From: an uncultured delta proteobacterium | Lineage (GTDB): Bacteria > Desulfobacterota > Syntrophia > Syntrophales > UBA2185 | Direction of reading: 5' to 3' | Assembly: GCA_963729715.1 (NCBI GenBank) | Contig: CAVSPA010000010.1 | Coordinates: forward strand, 64,001 to 128,000 | DNA length: 64,000 nucleotides | In this document: positions 32,598 to 42,072 of the stretch, in pieces | Position numbering within the stretch: position 1 is the first letter of the stretch | How the letters are laid out: the number at the start of each line of letters is the position of its first letter | The notes under the pieces: generated by a model | The model's input: the letters and a program-made list of their open reading frames with translations, nothing else | The model's database searches: none | Told to the model about the DNA's origin: nothing | Made by a program: the position numbers and the translations under genes

Positions 32598-33695
32598 ATG
32601 ATGGAAAAGAGATTGAGAATTGCCATAAATACCGGGGGAGGCGATGCGCCGGGTCTCAATGCGGTCATTGAAGCCGTTGTCATGGCGGCCTACAACAGAG
32701 GCTGGGAAGTATATGGCATCAAGAGCAGCTACGCCGGTCTCCTTAATACTGATGAGATTATCCATCTAACCCCGGAGACAGTAAGCCATATTTCCATCAC
32801 GGGCGGGACGATTCTGGGAACGACAAACCGCGGCAATCCTTTCCAGATGCCGGTCACGAACATGGCCGGCGAAGTGGAGATACGCGATGTATCCGATAAA
32901 GTTGTCGAGAATTTTAACCGACTGCGTTTCGATTGTCTGATAGCGGTCGGCGGTGACGGCAGCCTGGGAATTGCTCACAGTTTATATAAGAAAGGCATAC
33001 CGGTTGTCGGAGTCCCCAAGACCATAGATAACGATATCTGCGACACTGTCGTGACGTTCGGTTTCGATACGGCCGTAAGCATTGCCACGGAGGCCATAGA
33101 TCGCCTTCATTCCACAGCCAAGTCCCATGAACGGGTCATGGTCGTTGAGGTCATGGGCCGTCATTCGGGCTGGATAGCGCTGAACAGCGGGTTATCCGGT
33201 GCGGCGCATATCATTCTTATTCCGGAGATACCGTTTGATATTGAGAAAATATGCGGTCATGTAATGGAATGCGAAGTCCGCGGCCGACGTTACGCCATCG
33301 TAGTCGTTGCGGAAGGTGCAGTGCCTGTCGGCGGTCACGCTGTTGAAAAAGGAAAGGGGGAAGTTGGCCGCCAGCATGCAGTTCTCGGCGGGGTAGGGGA
33401 GTACTTGGCAAAAGAAATTGCAAAACAGACCGGTAAAGAGACGCGTTCGTTGGTCCTTGGCCATCTGCAGCGCGGCGGCACACCGACAACCTTTGACAGG
33501 CTGATAGCCCTCCGTTTTGGCGCAGCAGCCGTCCGCATCGTCGGTGAGCAGAAGTTCGGGACGATGGTGGCCCTTGATCCGCCTCATATCAAGGCTGTTC
33601 CTCTTGAGAATATTATAGGACGTATAAAAACTGTACCCATAGATAGCGACAAGATCAGCACTGCCCGGGAAATCGGTATCTGCCTTGGTGATTGA
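32598..33695 (+). CDS. pfkA: 6-phosphofructokinase family protein
   Basis: TGGGDAPGLN, GGTILGT, GGDGS, PKTIDND, EVMGR, LGHLQRGG. Confidence 0.93.
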   Translation: MMEKRLRIAINTGGGDAPGLNAVIEAVVMAAYNRGWEVYGIKSSYAGLLNTDEIIHLTPETVSHISITGGTILGTTNRGNPFQMPVTNMAGEVEIRDVSDKVVENFNRLRFDCLIAVGGDGSLGIAHSLYKKGIPVVGVPKTIDNDICDTVVTFGFDTAVSIATEAIDRLHSTAKSHERVMVVEVMGRHSGWIALNSGLSGAAHIILIPEIPFDIEKICGHVMECEVRGRRYAIVVVAEGAVPVGGHAVEKGKGEVGRQHAVLGGVGEYLAKEIAKQTGKETRSLVLGHLQRGGTPTTFDRLIALRFGAAAVRIVGEQKFGTMVALDPPHIKAVPLENIIGRIKTVPIDSDKISTAREIGICLGD

Positions 33696-33825
33696 TAGGC
33701 CATACGAATTGACCAAAATAGAAGATCACCCTTGTCCGTCGATATTATTCTCTTGCACAATCTCCCTCATATAAAATATAAATTCTTATTGTCGCATTAA
33801 GTTTGTTTCACTGAAGGAACGTTTA

Positions 33826-34317
33826 ATGGATGGGCAGTCAGGGATATTGCGAGCTAAGATAGGACTTCTTGTCATGGTGCCTTTAATCACGGTATCCATT
33901 AGTCTCGCTGTTCCTTGCCACTCTATGGACGAGAAACCATTTGCACCCTGGGACTTTAATAATACAGCTTCCAGCAGGGAAGAGACACCGCTGCTGGATA
34001 CAGACGCATCAGCTTGCGGAAATTTTCTTATACAGGCAATCAGGTTTTACCAACAGTATATTTCTCCCGTGATCGGGGATCGTTGCCAAATGTACCCATC
34101 GTGTTCATCATATGCTATCGAGGTGATCAAGAAGCATGGATGCCTCATCGGGTCTGTCATGACTTCGGACAGGTTGATTCATGAGGCAAATGAAACGGAT
34201 CATGCCCCTCTCATTGAAATAGATAGGGACTATGGATATTACGATCCTGTCAGCGGCAACGATTTCTGGTGGTATAAAGGTTCGGATGGGATTGCTTCAC
34301 AACCGGGCGGCAGATAG
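33826..34317 (+). CDS. YidD-like (haemolytic domain) protein with N-terminal signal-like segment
   Basis: IRFYQQYISP...CQMYPSCSSYA...KHG. Confidence 0.8.
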   Translation: MDGQSGILRAKIGLLVMVPLITVSISLAVPCHSMDEKPFAPWDFNNTASSREETPLLDTDASACGNFLIQAIRFYQQYISPVIGDRCQMYPSCSSYAIEVIKKHGCLIGSVMTSDRLIHEANETDHAPLIEIDRDYGYYDPVSGNDFWWYKGSDGIASQPGGR

Positions 34318-34350
34318 GGGGCGCATTGCACCTGTTATTTTCTGAAACAC

Positions 34351-35319
34351 TTAAGAGCTTCGGGAAGAAAAGGTCAGCTCTGTTCCCGCCATGTTCAAGA
34401 CAAATTGCGAGGGCATGGCCTTCTCGATTTCGATTACAGATTTCCTTCCCGTGCAATGCGTAGGCACGATGTAAGAAGGATTTATTTTTTTCAACTCCTC
34501 GATTGTCTTTCCTACGATAGGCTCGAAAGCGGGACCTGCAAGGTGAAAGCCGCCCATGATAACATGGACGGGATTAACGCCCGTTACAATCCTCGCATGA
34601 TTGACCGTATTGACGATGCCGGCATGGGCACACCCCGTAAGAACAACCAAACCTTTTCCCTTAAGATTTATAGCGATGCCCGTATCCTCCTCGATGGGAT
34701 CCCATGTCTCTCTGTCTTTATCTGTAAAGAAAGCATTGGGCATGCCTTTTTCAAATTCGGTCTGACGATAAATCTCACCAAGATACAAAACACCGCCGTC
34801 TAAGAGAGTGAGAGGTTCCCTCGTCTCCCTCAGACGGACACCGGTTTTTTCTATTTTCCTTCTTGTTACTTCGGGAAACCGGGCCTTGAAGTCACCACCA
34901 AACTTGAGGTACCGTTTTTGTCTAAAAGCCGCCGGGTGAAGAACCAACCCGACTCCGTCTCTGCCGATCATCTTAACCAGTTTTTCAAAACCGCCGAGGT
35001 GGTCGCTGTGTCCGTGGGATAGGACCATCACTTCTATCGCACCCATGTCAACGCCTAGTACTTTGGCATTTGCGGCTGCGCCGTCCTTGGAAAATCCGAA
35101 ATCAAAGAGGAGAGTTCTGGTTCGACCGGCGGTTGTAGTTCTTACTATGGCAGAAAAGCCATGTTCTGCCCGTATGGAAGTCTTTATCTCCCCATCCATG
35201 AGATAGCGGGCCCGCGAAATAATCGCACTATTGTCGGAGGCTGTGATCTCGATGAAGTTGTCCTGAAGCGTCAGGATCTCGACTTTTTCGACCTCCTTGA
35301 GAATTGATATTTTCTTCAT
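34351..35319 (-). CDS. MBL-fold metallo-hydrolase
   Basis: AEHGFS, LSHGHSDHLGG, GCAHAG, GGFHL, PTHCTG. Confidence 0.88.
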   Translation of the reverse strand: MKKISILKEVEKVEILTLQDNFIEITASDNSAIISRARYLMDGEIKTSIRAEHGFSAIVRTTTAGRTRTLLFDFGFSKDGAAANAKVLGVDMGAIEVMVLSHGHSDHLGGFEKLVKMIGRDGVGLVLHPAAFRQKRYLKFGGDFKARFPEVTRRKIEKTGVRLRETREPLTLLDGGVLYLGEIYRQTEFEKGMPNAFFTDKDRETWDPIEEDTGIAINLKGKGLVVLTGCAHAGIVNTVNHARIVTGVNPVHVIMGGFHLAGPAFEPIVGKTIEELKKINPSYIVPTHCTGRKSVIEIEKAMPSQFVLNMAGTELTFSSRSS

Positions 35320-35331
35320 TTAGTTTTTCAT

Positions 35332-36534
35332 TTAACCTTTCAGGATGCGCGCACCTATTCTCATCTTGTCAAAGCAGTATGCCTCAAGCCCGGGAACGAT
35401 CATACGGACAGTTGGGATGCCTGTGTCCGGCCTTGTCAGATCTACTGCTATCACACGCTCCAAACCCCTTGCCTGCAGCTTCCCGATTATCGTCCTGACG
35501 TCCTGGAGGATATCTTTGCCGTAGCTCACTTCAATATCCCGAAGGCCCTTGTAATTGTATGCATAGAACCGTGGATCATCGGTTCTTTCCTGCTCACCAA
35601 GATAGGCCGTCACGGGTTCGCACATACCTTCGATACCGAACTTCTGAATGAACAAAGCTCTGGTGGTCACGATCTCGAGAAGGGATCTAATCATGGCGAC
35701 ACGGGGATCAAGGTGGGCGCCGAAACCGTCTACGGGTTTCATTGAAGGATAAACCAGATCACGGGAAAAGGCGGCAATCACCGGAACTCCGATATCTGAG
35801 GCAATGTCTTTGGCGACGATCTCAATATCGGCGTCTGCGAATTTGTCAAAAATGTTGATAATGAACTGGTTGGCAGGTTCATCCTCGATAAAAAGGGCAT
35901 CGTTGTAATTGCCTTCGTACCGTGCGATGCTCCACGCGTCACGCTCGATGAGCTCGGCAAGACCGTGCACAACGGCCTCTTCTATAGTATTGCCTGCTGC
36001 AATGCCGTTCGTATGGGTGTCTATAAGAAAGGCATCGTCGAGATGGTAGGGATGGTAAACCGCGCAGGCAGGGACCAGGGTATCCTCATCCCGCGCCAGA
36101 TCGCATCCCCATGCCCAGTGAATATCCCGATCATGGTCATAATCGCTGATTTTCGAAAGAATCATCTCGCGGGGATCGAGGATGTTGAACTTCTTTTTCA
36201 ACTGGTTATAGCTGCCGTTCACTAGCTTGCTCTTGTACTCGTCTTTGAATTCCGATGAATAGCGTTCGATCGACTCCATAGTCAGCGACACCTGGGCCTG
36301 AATTTGCGATACTCCCTTGCCTGTGTGGCTCGTTTTCGAACTGTCCGGCCTTATGCGATGGCAGATAAAGACCGGAATCCCGATTCTGTCGAGGTCCGAT
36401 GCTTCGCAGAAGCCAATCATGCTGACCAGCTCTTTGATGCTTTGGATGAATTGAAGCGTGGAGTCCGGTGTCTTTGAACGGTGCGTCTCCAGGATGTAAA
36501 CCTTGGGGCACTCTTTTAGTACTATACGTGGCAT
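35332..36534 (-). CDS. YcaO-like family protein
   Basis: LDRIGIPV, GKG...MESIERYS, TNGIAAGN, ELIERDA, GFGAH, VPGLE. Confidence 0.9.
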   Translation of the reverse strand: MPRIVLKECPKVYILETHRSKTPDSTLQFIQSIKELVSMIGFCEASDLDRIGIPVFICHRIRPDSSKTSHTGKGVSQIQAQVSLTMESIERYSSEFKDEYKSKLVNGSYNQLKKKFNILDPREMILSKISDYDHDRDIHWAWGCDLARDEDTLVPACAVYHPYHLDDAFLIDTHTNGIAAGNTIEEAVVHGLAELIERDAWSIARYEGNYNDALFIEDEPANQFIINIFDKFADADIEIVAKDIASDIGVPVIAAFSRDLVYPSMKPVDGFGAHLDPRVAMIRSLLEIVTTRALFIQKFGIEGMCEPVTAYLGEQERTDDPRFYAYNYKGLRDIEVSYGKDILQDVRTIIGKLQARGLERVIAVDLTRPDTGIPTVRMIVPGLEAYCFDKMRIGARILKG

Positions 36535-36763
36535 ATTGATACTGAATCCTCTTAATCTTTCCGCTGGAAACGAGCGATGGCGCAATACCCCATACGGGAG
36601 CGTATACATATCAATACGCGTTCTCTTTTTCAATACGAGTTTTTCAAAGCAAGTTTTTGAGAAAGCCGCAACAATGCAAATTTACGGCAGCTATTAAAGA
36701 GGAACATCAGAGAGGCGAATAAGATTCGGGGGATAATTCAATCTGGAGAGGTCTTTTGTTTAT

Positions 36764-36810
36764 CTGGTGGGCCGTATGGGACTTGAACCCACGACCAACG
36801 GATTAAAAGT
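36764..36810 (-). repeat. att site: 3' half of tRNA-Lys(UUU), copy 1
   Basis: Minus strand reads ACTTTTAATCCGTTGGTCGTGGGTTCAAGTCCCATACGGCCCACCA (anticodon loop, T-arm, CCA); no D-arm; identical to 54258-54304. Confidence 0.92.
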
Positions 36811-37023
36811 TCCAAGCAACCCAAAAAATACTAAATTATAACCCCTTGATCTAAAGTCTGGTTTCCCGCAAGTATCTAAAAGTAATAAAAAAAGCAATTC
36901 TATCTATTCCACCTAATTCTATATGTTCCCCTTCCATTTCCTGGCTTCTATCACAATTTTATCACACCCGCAGCGGAGTTTTAGTCCGATGGTCATTTCC
37001 CTCTACCAGAGATCTCCCGTTCC

Positions 37024-37626
37024 TCACTGATTAAGGCAGGCTCTGATCCTTTGCAATTCCTTTTCATAATCCCTGACAATATCGTTGCTCAATCTTCGCT
37101 GGAGAATTTTCAATATTTCTCCATAAAACCAGATTTTTCTGTCAGCAGGAGCATTGAATTTGTCCCATAGTGAATCACCCTGTTTTTTGTGGGACTCGAT
37201 CATGGCCTGAAGGTTATGTATTTTATCTGCCGCACAAACCATCAACGCCTTCTCGCTGTGACGTTGCAAGCCCTCCAGATACTTTTCTTTCCTATACACC
37301 CATGTCGCCGCGTCATCACTTGCCACATTGGGATCTTTATCTTCGCTCATCTCTCTGACAATATTCGCAACCTCAGTACCAAAATCCTTTTGAAGGTCAC
37401 TATAATAATAACCTGGAACATCTTCCAGGATGTCATGAAGCAATCCGGCTATAACTGTATCTTCATCATCAGTATAAGAACTCAGAATCCAAGCGACTGA
37501 AAAAGGATGACTTATATAGGGCAGGCCTTCATCTGCTTTTCTGACCTGATTCAGATGAAGTCTGCAGGCTATATTAATGGCTTCTCGGAGTCTCTGTGTA
37601 AGCGGTGGGCGTTGGCTAGTTGTCAT
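37024..37626 (-). CDS. HD domain protein, small alarmone hydrolase/Mesh1-like
   Basis: HLNQVRK...PYISHP, AGLLHDILED, ADKIHN. Confidence 0.8.
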   Translation of the reverse strand: MTTSQRPPLTQRLREAINIACRLHLNQVRKADEGLPYISHPFSVAWILSSYTDDEDTVIAGLLHDILEDVPGYYYSDLQKDFGTEVANIVREMSEDKDPNVASDDAATWVYRKEKYLEGLQRHSEKALMVCAADKIHNLQAMIESHKKQGDSLWDKFNAPADRKIWFYGEILKILQRRLSNDIVRDYEKELQRIRACLNQ

Positions 37627-37813
37627 TTGTTTATGTTTTTATGCGACCTGAACCATACTTGACTTTACAGATATTGTCATATCGAGTCATGATTATTGAG
37701 TTCATCTACCAAATATTTCAATGTCGATTCAATGAGAAATAAAGATTATCAATCATGCCTATGGACTAATCTTTTTTCCTTTGAAGGTCTTGCCCTTGGT
37801 TTTCGAGCACTCA

Positions 37814-38284
37814 CTATTGTTTTTTTTCTCCATATTTATTTTGTCGTAGTACGTATACTGCATCCAGGAATAGCTTGGCATCTTTTTCCGACTCCCATCG
37901 AAATACATAATAGCTCATAATATAATCACCATCTCCGTTAGTACTAAAGCCGAAATCGGATGAACCCAACTTTACAGGTATTTTGTAGAGGTTGCCCTCT
38001 TTTATTATTTCCTGACCTATTTGGTCATAGCTCGTCATGATTTTGCCGGGCGCATCCCGCCCCCGAAGTAAAACGAAGGCGACAAAGTCATCTCCATCAA
38101 GGTACACACGTTCGATTGTTTCCAATCCAGCAGCTCTGCGGCTCAGGGCAAGAGCGACTGCATCCCTTGCTTCCTGTACAGTCATCTTTGGCGTGGAATC
38201 AGGACTAATACGATAAACAACATCATCGCTAAAACCAATTTGGGGGATTGCTAAGAGGCAAAGAATAACCAATAAAGTTTTCAT
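37814..38284 (-). CDS. Exported hypothetical protein
   Basis: Signal peptide MKTLLVILCLLAIPQIGFS. Confidence 0.65.
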   Translation of the reverse strand: MKTLLVILCLLAIPQIGFSDDVVYRISPDSTPKMTVQEARDAVALALSRRAAGLETIERVYLDGDDFVAFVLLRGRDAPGKIMTSYDQIGQEIIKEGNLYKIPVKLGSSDFGFSTNGDGDYIMSYYVFRWESEKDAKLFLDAVYVLRQNKYGEKKQ

Positions 38285-38420
38285 TCTTGAGAAGAATGAA
38301 CGGACTAAACGATTTTTGATTTCCAACGATCCAATCTTTGATGAAGTCAAGACTACCGAGTTCCTTCTGCTATTCATACCTCCTCCTTATAACTGTCTGA
38401 AAACAACTCTTAAATAGAAA

Positions 38421-38514
38421 CAAAAACCCCCGCTCTCTGTCTTGAGACACGGGGTTTCGATAATCACTCCATACTGTCACCCTCGCACAAAGGTTGAAGG
38501 GTTTATGAATCTTA
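38421..38514 (-). promoter_or_regulatory. Candidate structured leader RNA plus intrinsic terminator, copy 1
   Basis: Homologous to 45687-45773; hairpin followed by AAACCCCG...CGGGGGTTTTT. Confidence 0.55.
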
Positions 38515-38591
38515 GTCTATTAGTCTATTAGTTTATATATGTGTTTTGATTATCACGATTCAAATTTGAAATCTACGATGAAAATTGAAGA

Positions 38592-38999
38592 TCAATATTT
38601 CTCCTTTTTTCTCACACCATCTTCTGTAGTTTCTATTTCATTGTAGAAAGTGTATTTTTGAGGAACATGTTTGACCTTTTGATATCGGCCTGTGACCGTC
38701 ACCGAATCACCTCTATATATGGAGAGCGTCCCAGAAGCAAAAACATTCAAAGCATTGTTTGAAGAATCGATTATCATAAAGGTAGTGTATGGGTTGCCTT
38801 TCTTAGAAGTATTAAATTTCAGCGATTGGATCCGCCCTTCCACATGAACCATTTTCCCATCATACTGATCTGGATTACTAACAATCTCGGCAACAGAGGT
38901 TTTGATTACCTGTGCATCTACTATCTTGGGAATGAAGCAAATACATATAAGAGTCAGTATGACGAACAATACAAGTTCATTGCGTCTGCCCGTAATCAT
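38592..38999 (-). CDS. Exported OB-fold protein
   Basis: Signal peptide; EIVSNPDQYDGKMVHVEG...GDSVTVTG. Confidence 0.7.
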   Translation of the reverse strand: MITGRRNELVLFVILTLICICFIPKIVDAQVIKTSVAEIVSNPDQYDGKMVHVEGRIQSLKFNTSKKGNPYTTFMIIDSSNNALNVFASGTLSIYRGDSVTVTGRYQKVKHVPQKYTFYNEIETTEDGVRKKEKY

Positions 39000-39046
39000 T
39001 TTCTCCCTCCTTCAATATCAGTCTTCGTGCTCGCAATTATGGCCTT

Positions 39047-39144
39047 TAATAACGATTAGGGGGGCAGGTCAGCTCATGGGGCAACCAGCATGACTAAAAA
39101 ATGAAACAAGCTTGCCCCGTGTCGGCTGTATGCTTTTGTTGTAC
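39047..39144 (-). other. Degenerate attC-like site
   Basis: GTACAAC just after a stop codon, ATACAGC/GCTGA boxes, GGGGCAA/TTGCCCC stem, distal GTTATTA. Confidence 0.4.
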
Positions 39145-39152
39145 CTTCCCTA

Positions 39153-39500
39153 TTACTTTTTATCGTCTCTCGTCGCCTCATCCCACGCCTCATCGTATTC
39201 TTCGTTGCTGTCAATGTCGAAGTTTGGAGGAGTATATTGTTTCAGATATTTTTTATGCCGCTTAATATCATCCTTCAGGAGGACAATCCATGCGATGGTT
39301 ACGAATACTACTAACAACAGTAACACGCATAGTCTGTATAAATTTTCTATTGAAATCATACCGAAAAGATTTGCAATGGCGTCGATATTGGCAAAAGAAA
39401 ATATCATTCCCGCAATTAAACCGACTATGGAGACGATATATGTTCTTGAGTGTTTCGATAAGTGCCTTCGTAGGTGTGGCATGGCATGTAAAATTTTCAC
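39153..39500 (-). CDS. Hypothetical two-TM membrane protein
   Basis: Two hydrophobic helices and an acidic tail; start uncertain. Confidence 0.55.
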   Translation of the reverse strand: MKILHAMPHLRRHLSKHSRTYIVSIVGLIAGMIFSFANIDAIANLFGMISIENLYRLCVLLLLVVFVTIAWIVLLKDDIKRHKKYLKQYTPPNFDIDSNEEYDEAWDEATRDDKK

Positions 39501-39521
39501 TGGAAAAAATCTAAAGTGTGA

Positions 39522-40139
39522 TTACATCTCTTTATTTGTGAGAGCCATATTCTGTTTACGACCGTTTGTTCTCAGAAAATTTATCAATAAAAAAATCACC
39601 ATGGCTACGATGGCAAAGGGTAGGATATAACGGTATGAATAAGTATAAACAAGTTTCCATTTATCACCCAGATAATACCCCATCGTCACAAATGTCACGG
39701 TCCATAAAAAACCCCCGGCAAAGGCGTATATGGCGAATACCTTGTAAGGCATTACAGCAATTCCTGCAAATACTGCCGTTAAATGTCGAACCCCGGGAAT
39801 AAAATAACCGATGAATATGGCAAACTTTCCATACTTGCTGTACCATTCTTCGGTTTTGTGAAGGTGTTTACGATTAATTCTCAATTTGGCTGAATATTTC
39901 TCTAAGAAAGGATGCCCAAAGCCCCTTCCCAGAAGATATCCAATTGAAATACCGCTTATCGTCCCTGCAAATGCCGCCAATACAGCTTGCGGATAACTGA
40001 GGGTTCCCTTAAAAGCCAAAAATCCGGCTAATGCCATTAGTGTCTCATCAGGTATGGGTAAACCCAGAATGCCGAGTCCCAATGCAGCAAAGATCCCGAG
40101 ATAAGAGTATTTAATAAGAAATGGTAAAATGCATTGCAT
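39522..40139 (-). CDS. DedA family membrane protein
   Basis: GLPIPDETLM, GYLLGR, FIPGVRH, GGFLW. Confidence 0.9.
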   Translation of the reverse strand: MQCILPFLIKYSYLGIFAALGLGILGLPIPDETLMALAGFLAFKGTLSYPQAVLAAFAGTISGISIGYLLGRGFGHPFLEKYSAKLRINRKHLHKTEEWYSKYGKFAIFIGYFIPGVRHLTAVFAGIAVMPYKVFAIYAFAGGFLWTVTFVTMGYYLGDKWKLVYTYSYRYILPFAIVAMVIFLLINFLRTNGRKQNMALTNKEM

Positions 40140-40883
40140 TTATCGGACACCATTTGATTCGAGTAGACCGGTTTCTCCCGATACCACCAGAGATAATCTG
40201 AATTGATCTTTCTGCTTCCCCAGTTCAAGAGAAACATTGTTGAGGACCTCTGGAAAGTCTTTCAGTATCTTAGCGGATACATGACGATAGGAAGCAGAAA
40301 CTGCTGTCTTTGAGATCATGCCATTTGTACATTTTAACCTGAGGACAAATGCAGATATGGAGAGGGACGCAAGCCCTACCTCCGAGTTTGATACAGAAAT
40401 TCCTGGCGTCATCTTGTCACCGTTAATTGAATAGGTCTGCCGCCCATCCGGGATATTAACTATCATAAAGTTATCATCAAGTGAACTCTGTATCTTCGTT
40501 TCAGGATCATACCCAAGAGTATTCAATTTCTCCAAAACCTTCAGGTTATCCGTGGGTATATATCTCGGGGTAAATATTGCTCGCACATCATCTCCATCAA
40601 ATCTGAAAAACAGTTCTTCGTTCCTTTCCTTTTCAATCCAGTAATTCATATTAAGCTTCTGGATCTCCGGCGGGCATTTTCTCAGATATTGAATTGGTAT
40701 TCCGAGACGATTGGCAATGGACTGCTGCGCTATTGGTCTTAGAGTATGGTAATCTCCAGAGACGGAAACTGTCTCCAGATTATCAAATGAGATGTCTTTA
40801 ACCGGGATCAATTCGTCTGTGTGGTTCTGAGACATCATGTGAACTTGATCCATGACTTTTTTCAGTGATGTCATTGTTGACAT
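40140..40883 (-). CDS. DUF932-like mobile-element protein, possibly C-terminally truncated
   Basis: RLGIPIQYLRKCP, VRAIFTPRY, PGISVSNSEVG, RLKCTNGM; RBS GGGAGG. Confidence 0.65.
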   Translation of the reverse strand: MSTMTSLKKVMDQVHMMSQNHTDELIPVKDISFDNLETVSVSGDYHTLRPIAQQSIANRLGIPIQYLRKCPPEIQKLNMNYWIEKERNEELFFRFDGDDVRAIFTPRYIPTDNLKVLEKLNTLGYDPETKIQSSLDDNFMIVNIPDGRQTYSINGDKMTPGISVSNSEVGLASLSISAFVLRLKCTNGMISKTAVSASYRHVSAKILKDFPEVLNNVSLELGKQKDQFRLSLVVSGETGLLESNGVR

Positions 40884-41769
40884 ATGTTAGCCCTCCCTTT
40901 CCTTATAAAATCTTAAATCGGGAGATGCGCCTTTCACCGCCTGACACAATGCTGACGCATTATATTTATCTGCGGCTCCCGCGTTGATAATATGAAATTT
41001 ACTATTTGATGTGATCAGGCTGCCTGAAGCGGCGGTTCTGCTGTATGAGGAGGCATGTGGACTGATTGGCGCTTCTTCTTTTTCATACTCTTTTGAGACT
41101 CTTTCATAATGGCGTTTTTCAATTCGTCTTCGATGAGTTTCATCTATAAGCCTTCGTATCACGATAGGCAAAAAGGTTGAATATTTTTAAGAGCAATGTT
41201 CAAATGGTTTACATGAAAAATTAAGACTTACCCGCCTCATGTTCTGTGACTTCAATAACTCCATTATTGTTTCGTGAATCTTGATAAGACAATTATTCCT
41301 AATAGGACGAGAACAGCAAGGCCTGAAATTACAATTACCGCAATTTGTGTGAGCGCATCCGCTGCACCATACCATGTCATAAATTGATTATAGTATTGGA
41401 AATATAAATCCCTGAGTATATCAATCACTGACATCATCCTTTAGTAAGAAGGTGTTTCAAAACTGCATCGAAGAATAGAGTAATCATCTTTTTAATTTAT
41501 ATACCAATTATTCGTGCAGCAATCAATTGACAATATCATATAAATAGATACTCTCCTTTCATTGTATGAAAAAACGAACCCGGTTCGTTCTCTAACAATG
41601 TAATGGTAGGGTTGTTATGGAACTGAAACGGACTGAGTTATGATTGGTGCTGTAGATGTAAACTATATAACCTGGAAGTCGGGTAAATGATAACATAGCT
41701 GGTCTGGAAAAACTGGACAGGTGCATAAGTGGTAAAGTTGCTCTATAATGGACCCAAGGAGGAGTGGTT

Positions 41770-42072
41770 ATGAGCAAAAGACCGAGAAGGAATCATGCAC
41801 CGGCGTTCAAGGCGAAGGTGGCGTTGGAGGCCCTGAAGGGCGAGGAGACGCTCATTGAGCTATCCCAGCGGTACCAGGTACATCCGAACCAGATCACGGA
41901 GTGGAAGAAGCAGCTTCTTAAACATGCCCCGGAGATTTTCAGCAAGGACAGGAAGCCCGAACAAGTGCCGAGTGTCAAGGATCTTCACGCCAAGATCGGG
42001 CAGTTATCGATGGAGAACGATTTTTTATCCGTCGCGCTCGGTCGCATCGACGATGCGAGCGCAAAGCGATGA
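41770..42072 (+). CDS. IS3 transposase OrfA (HTH)
   Basis: RRNHAPAFKAKVALEA...VHPNQITEWKK, LHAKIGQL. Confidence 0.92.
   Translation: MSKRPRRNHAPAFKAKVALEALKGEETLIELSQRYQVHPNQITEWKKQLLKHAPEIFSKDRKPEQVPSVKDLHAKIGQLSMENDFLSVALGRIDDASAKR

Noticed and set aside
36764..36840. Intact tRNA-Lys gene here or at 54258
   Set aside because: Both copies stop at the anticodon stem; no D-arm or 5' acceptor strand follows.
41187..41375. Cys-rich 62-aa ORF as a RiPP precursor for YcaO
   Set aside because: It lies inside the island, away from ycaO, and an overlapping frame (41264-41380, minus) encodes a more plausible 38-aa single-TM peptide.
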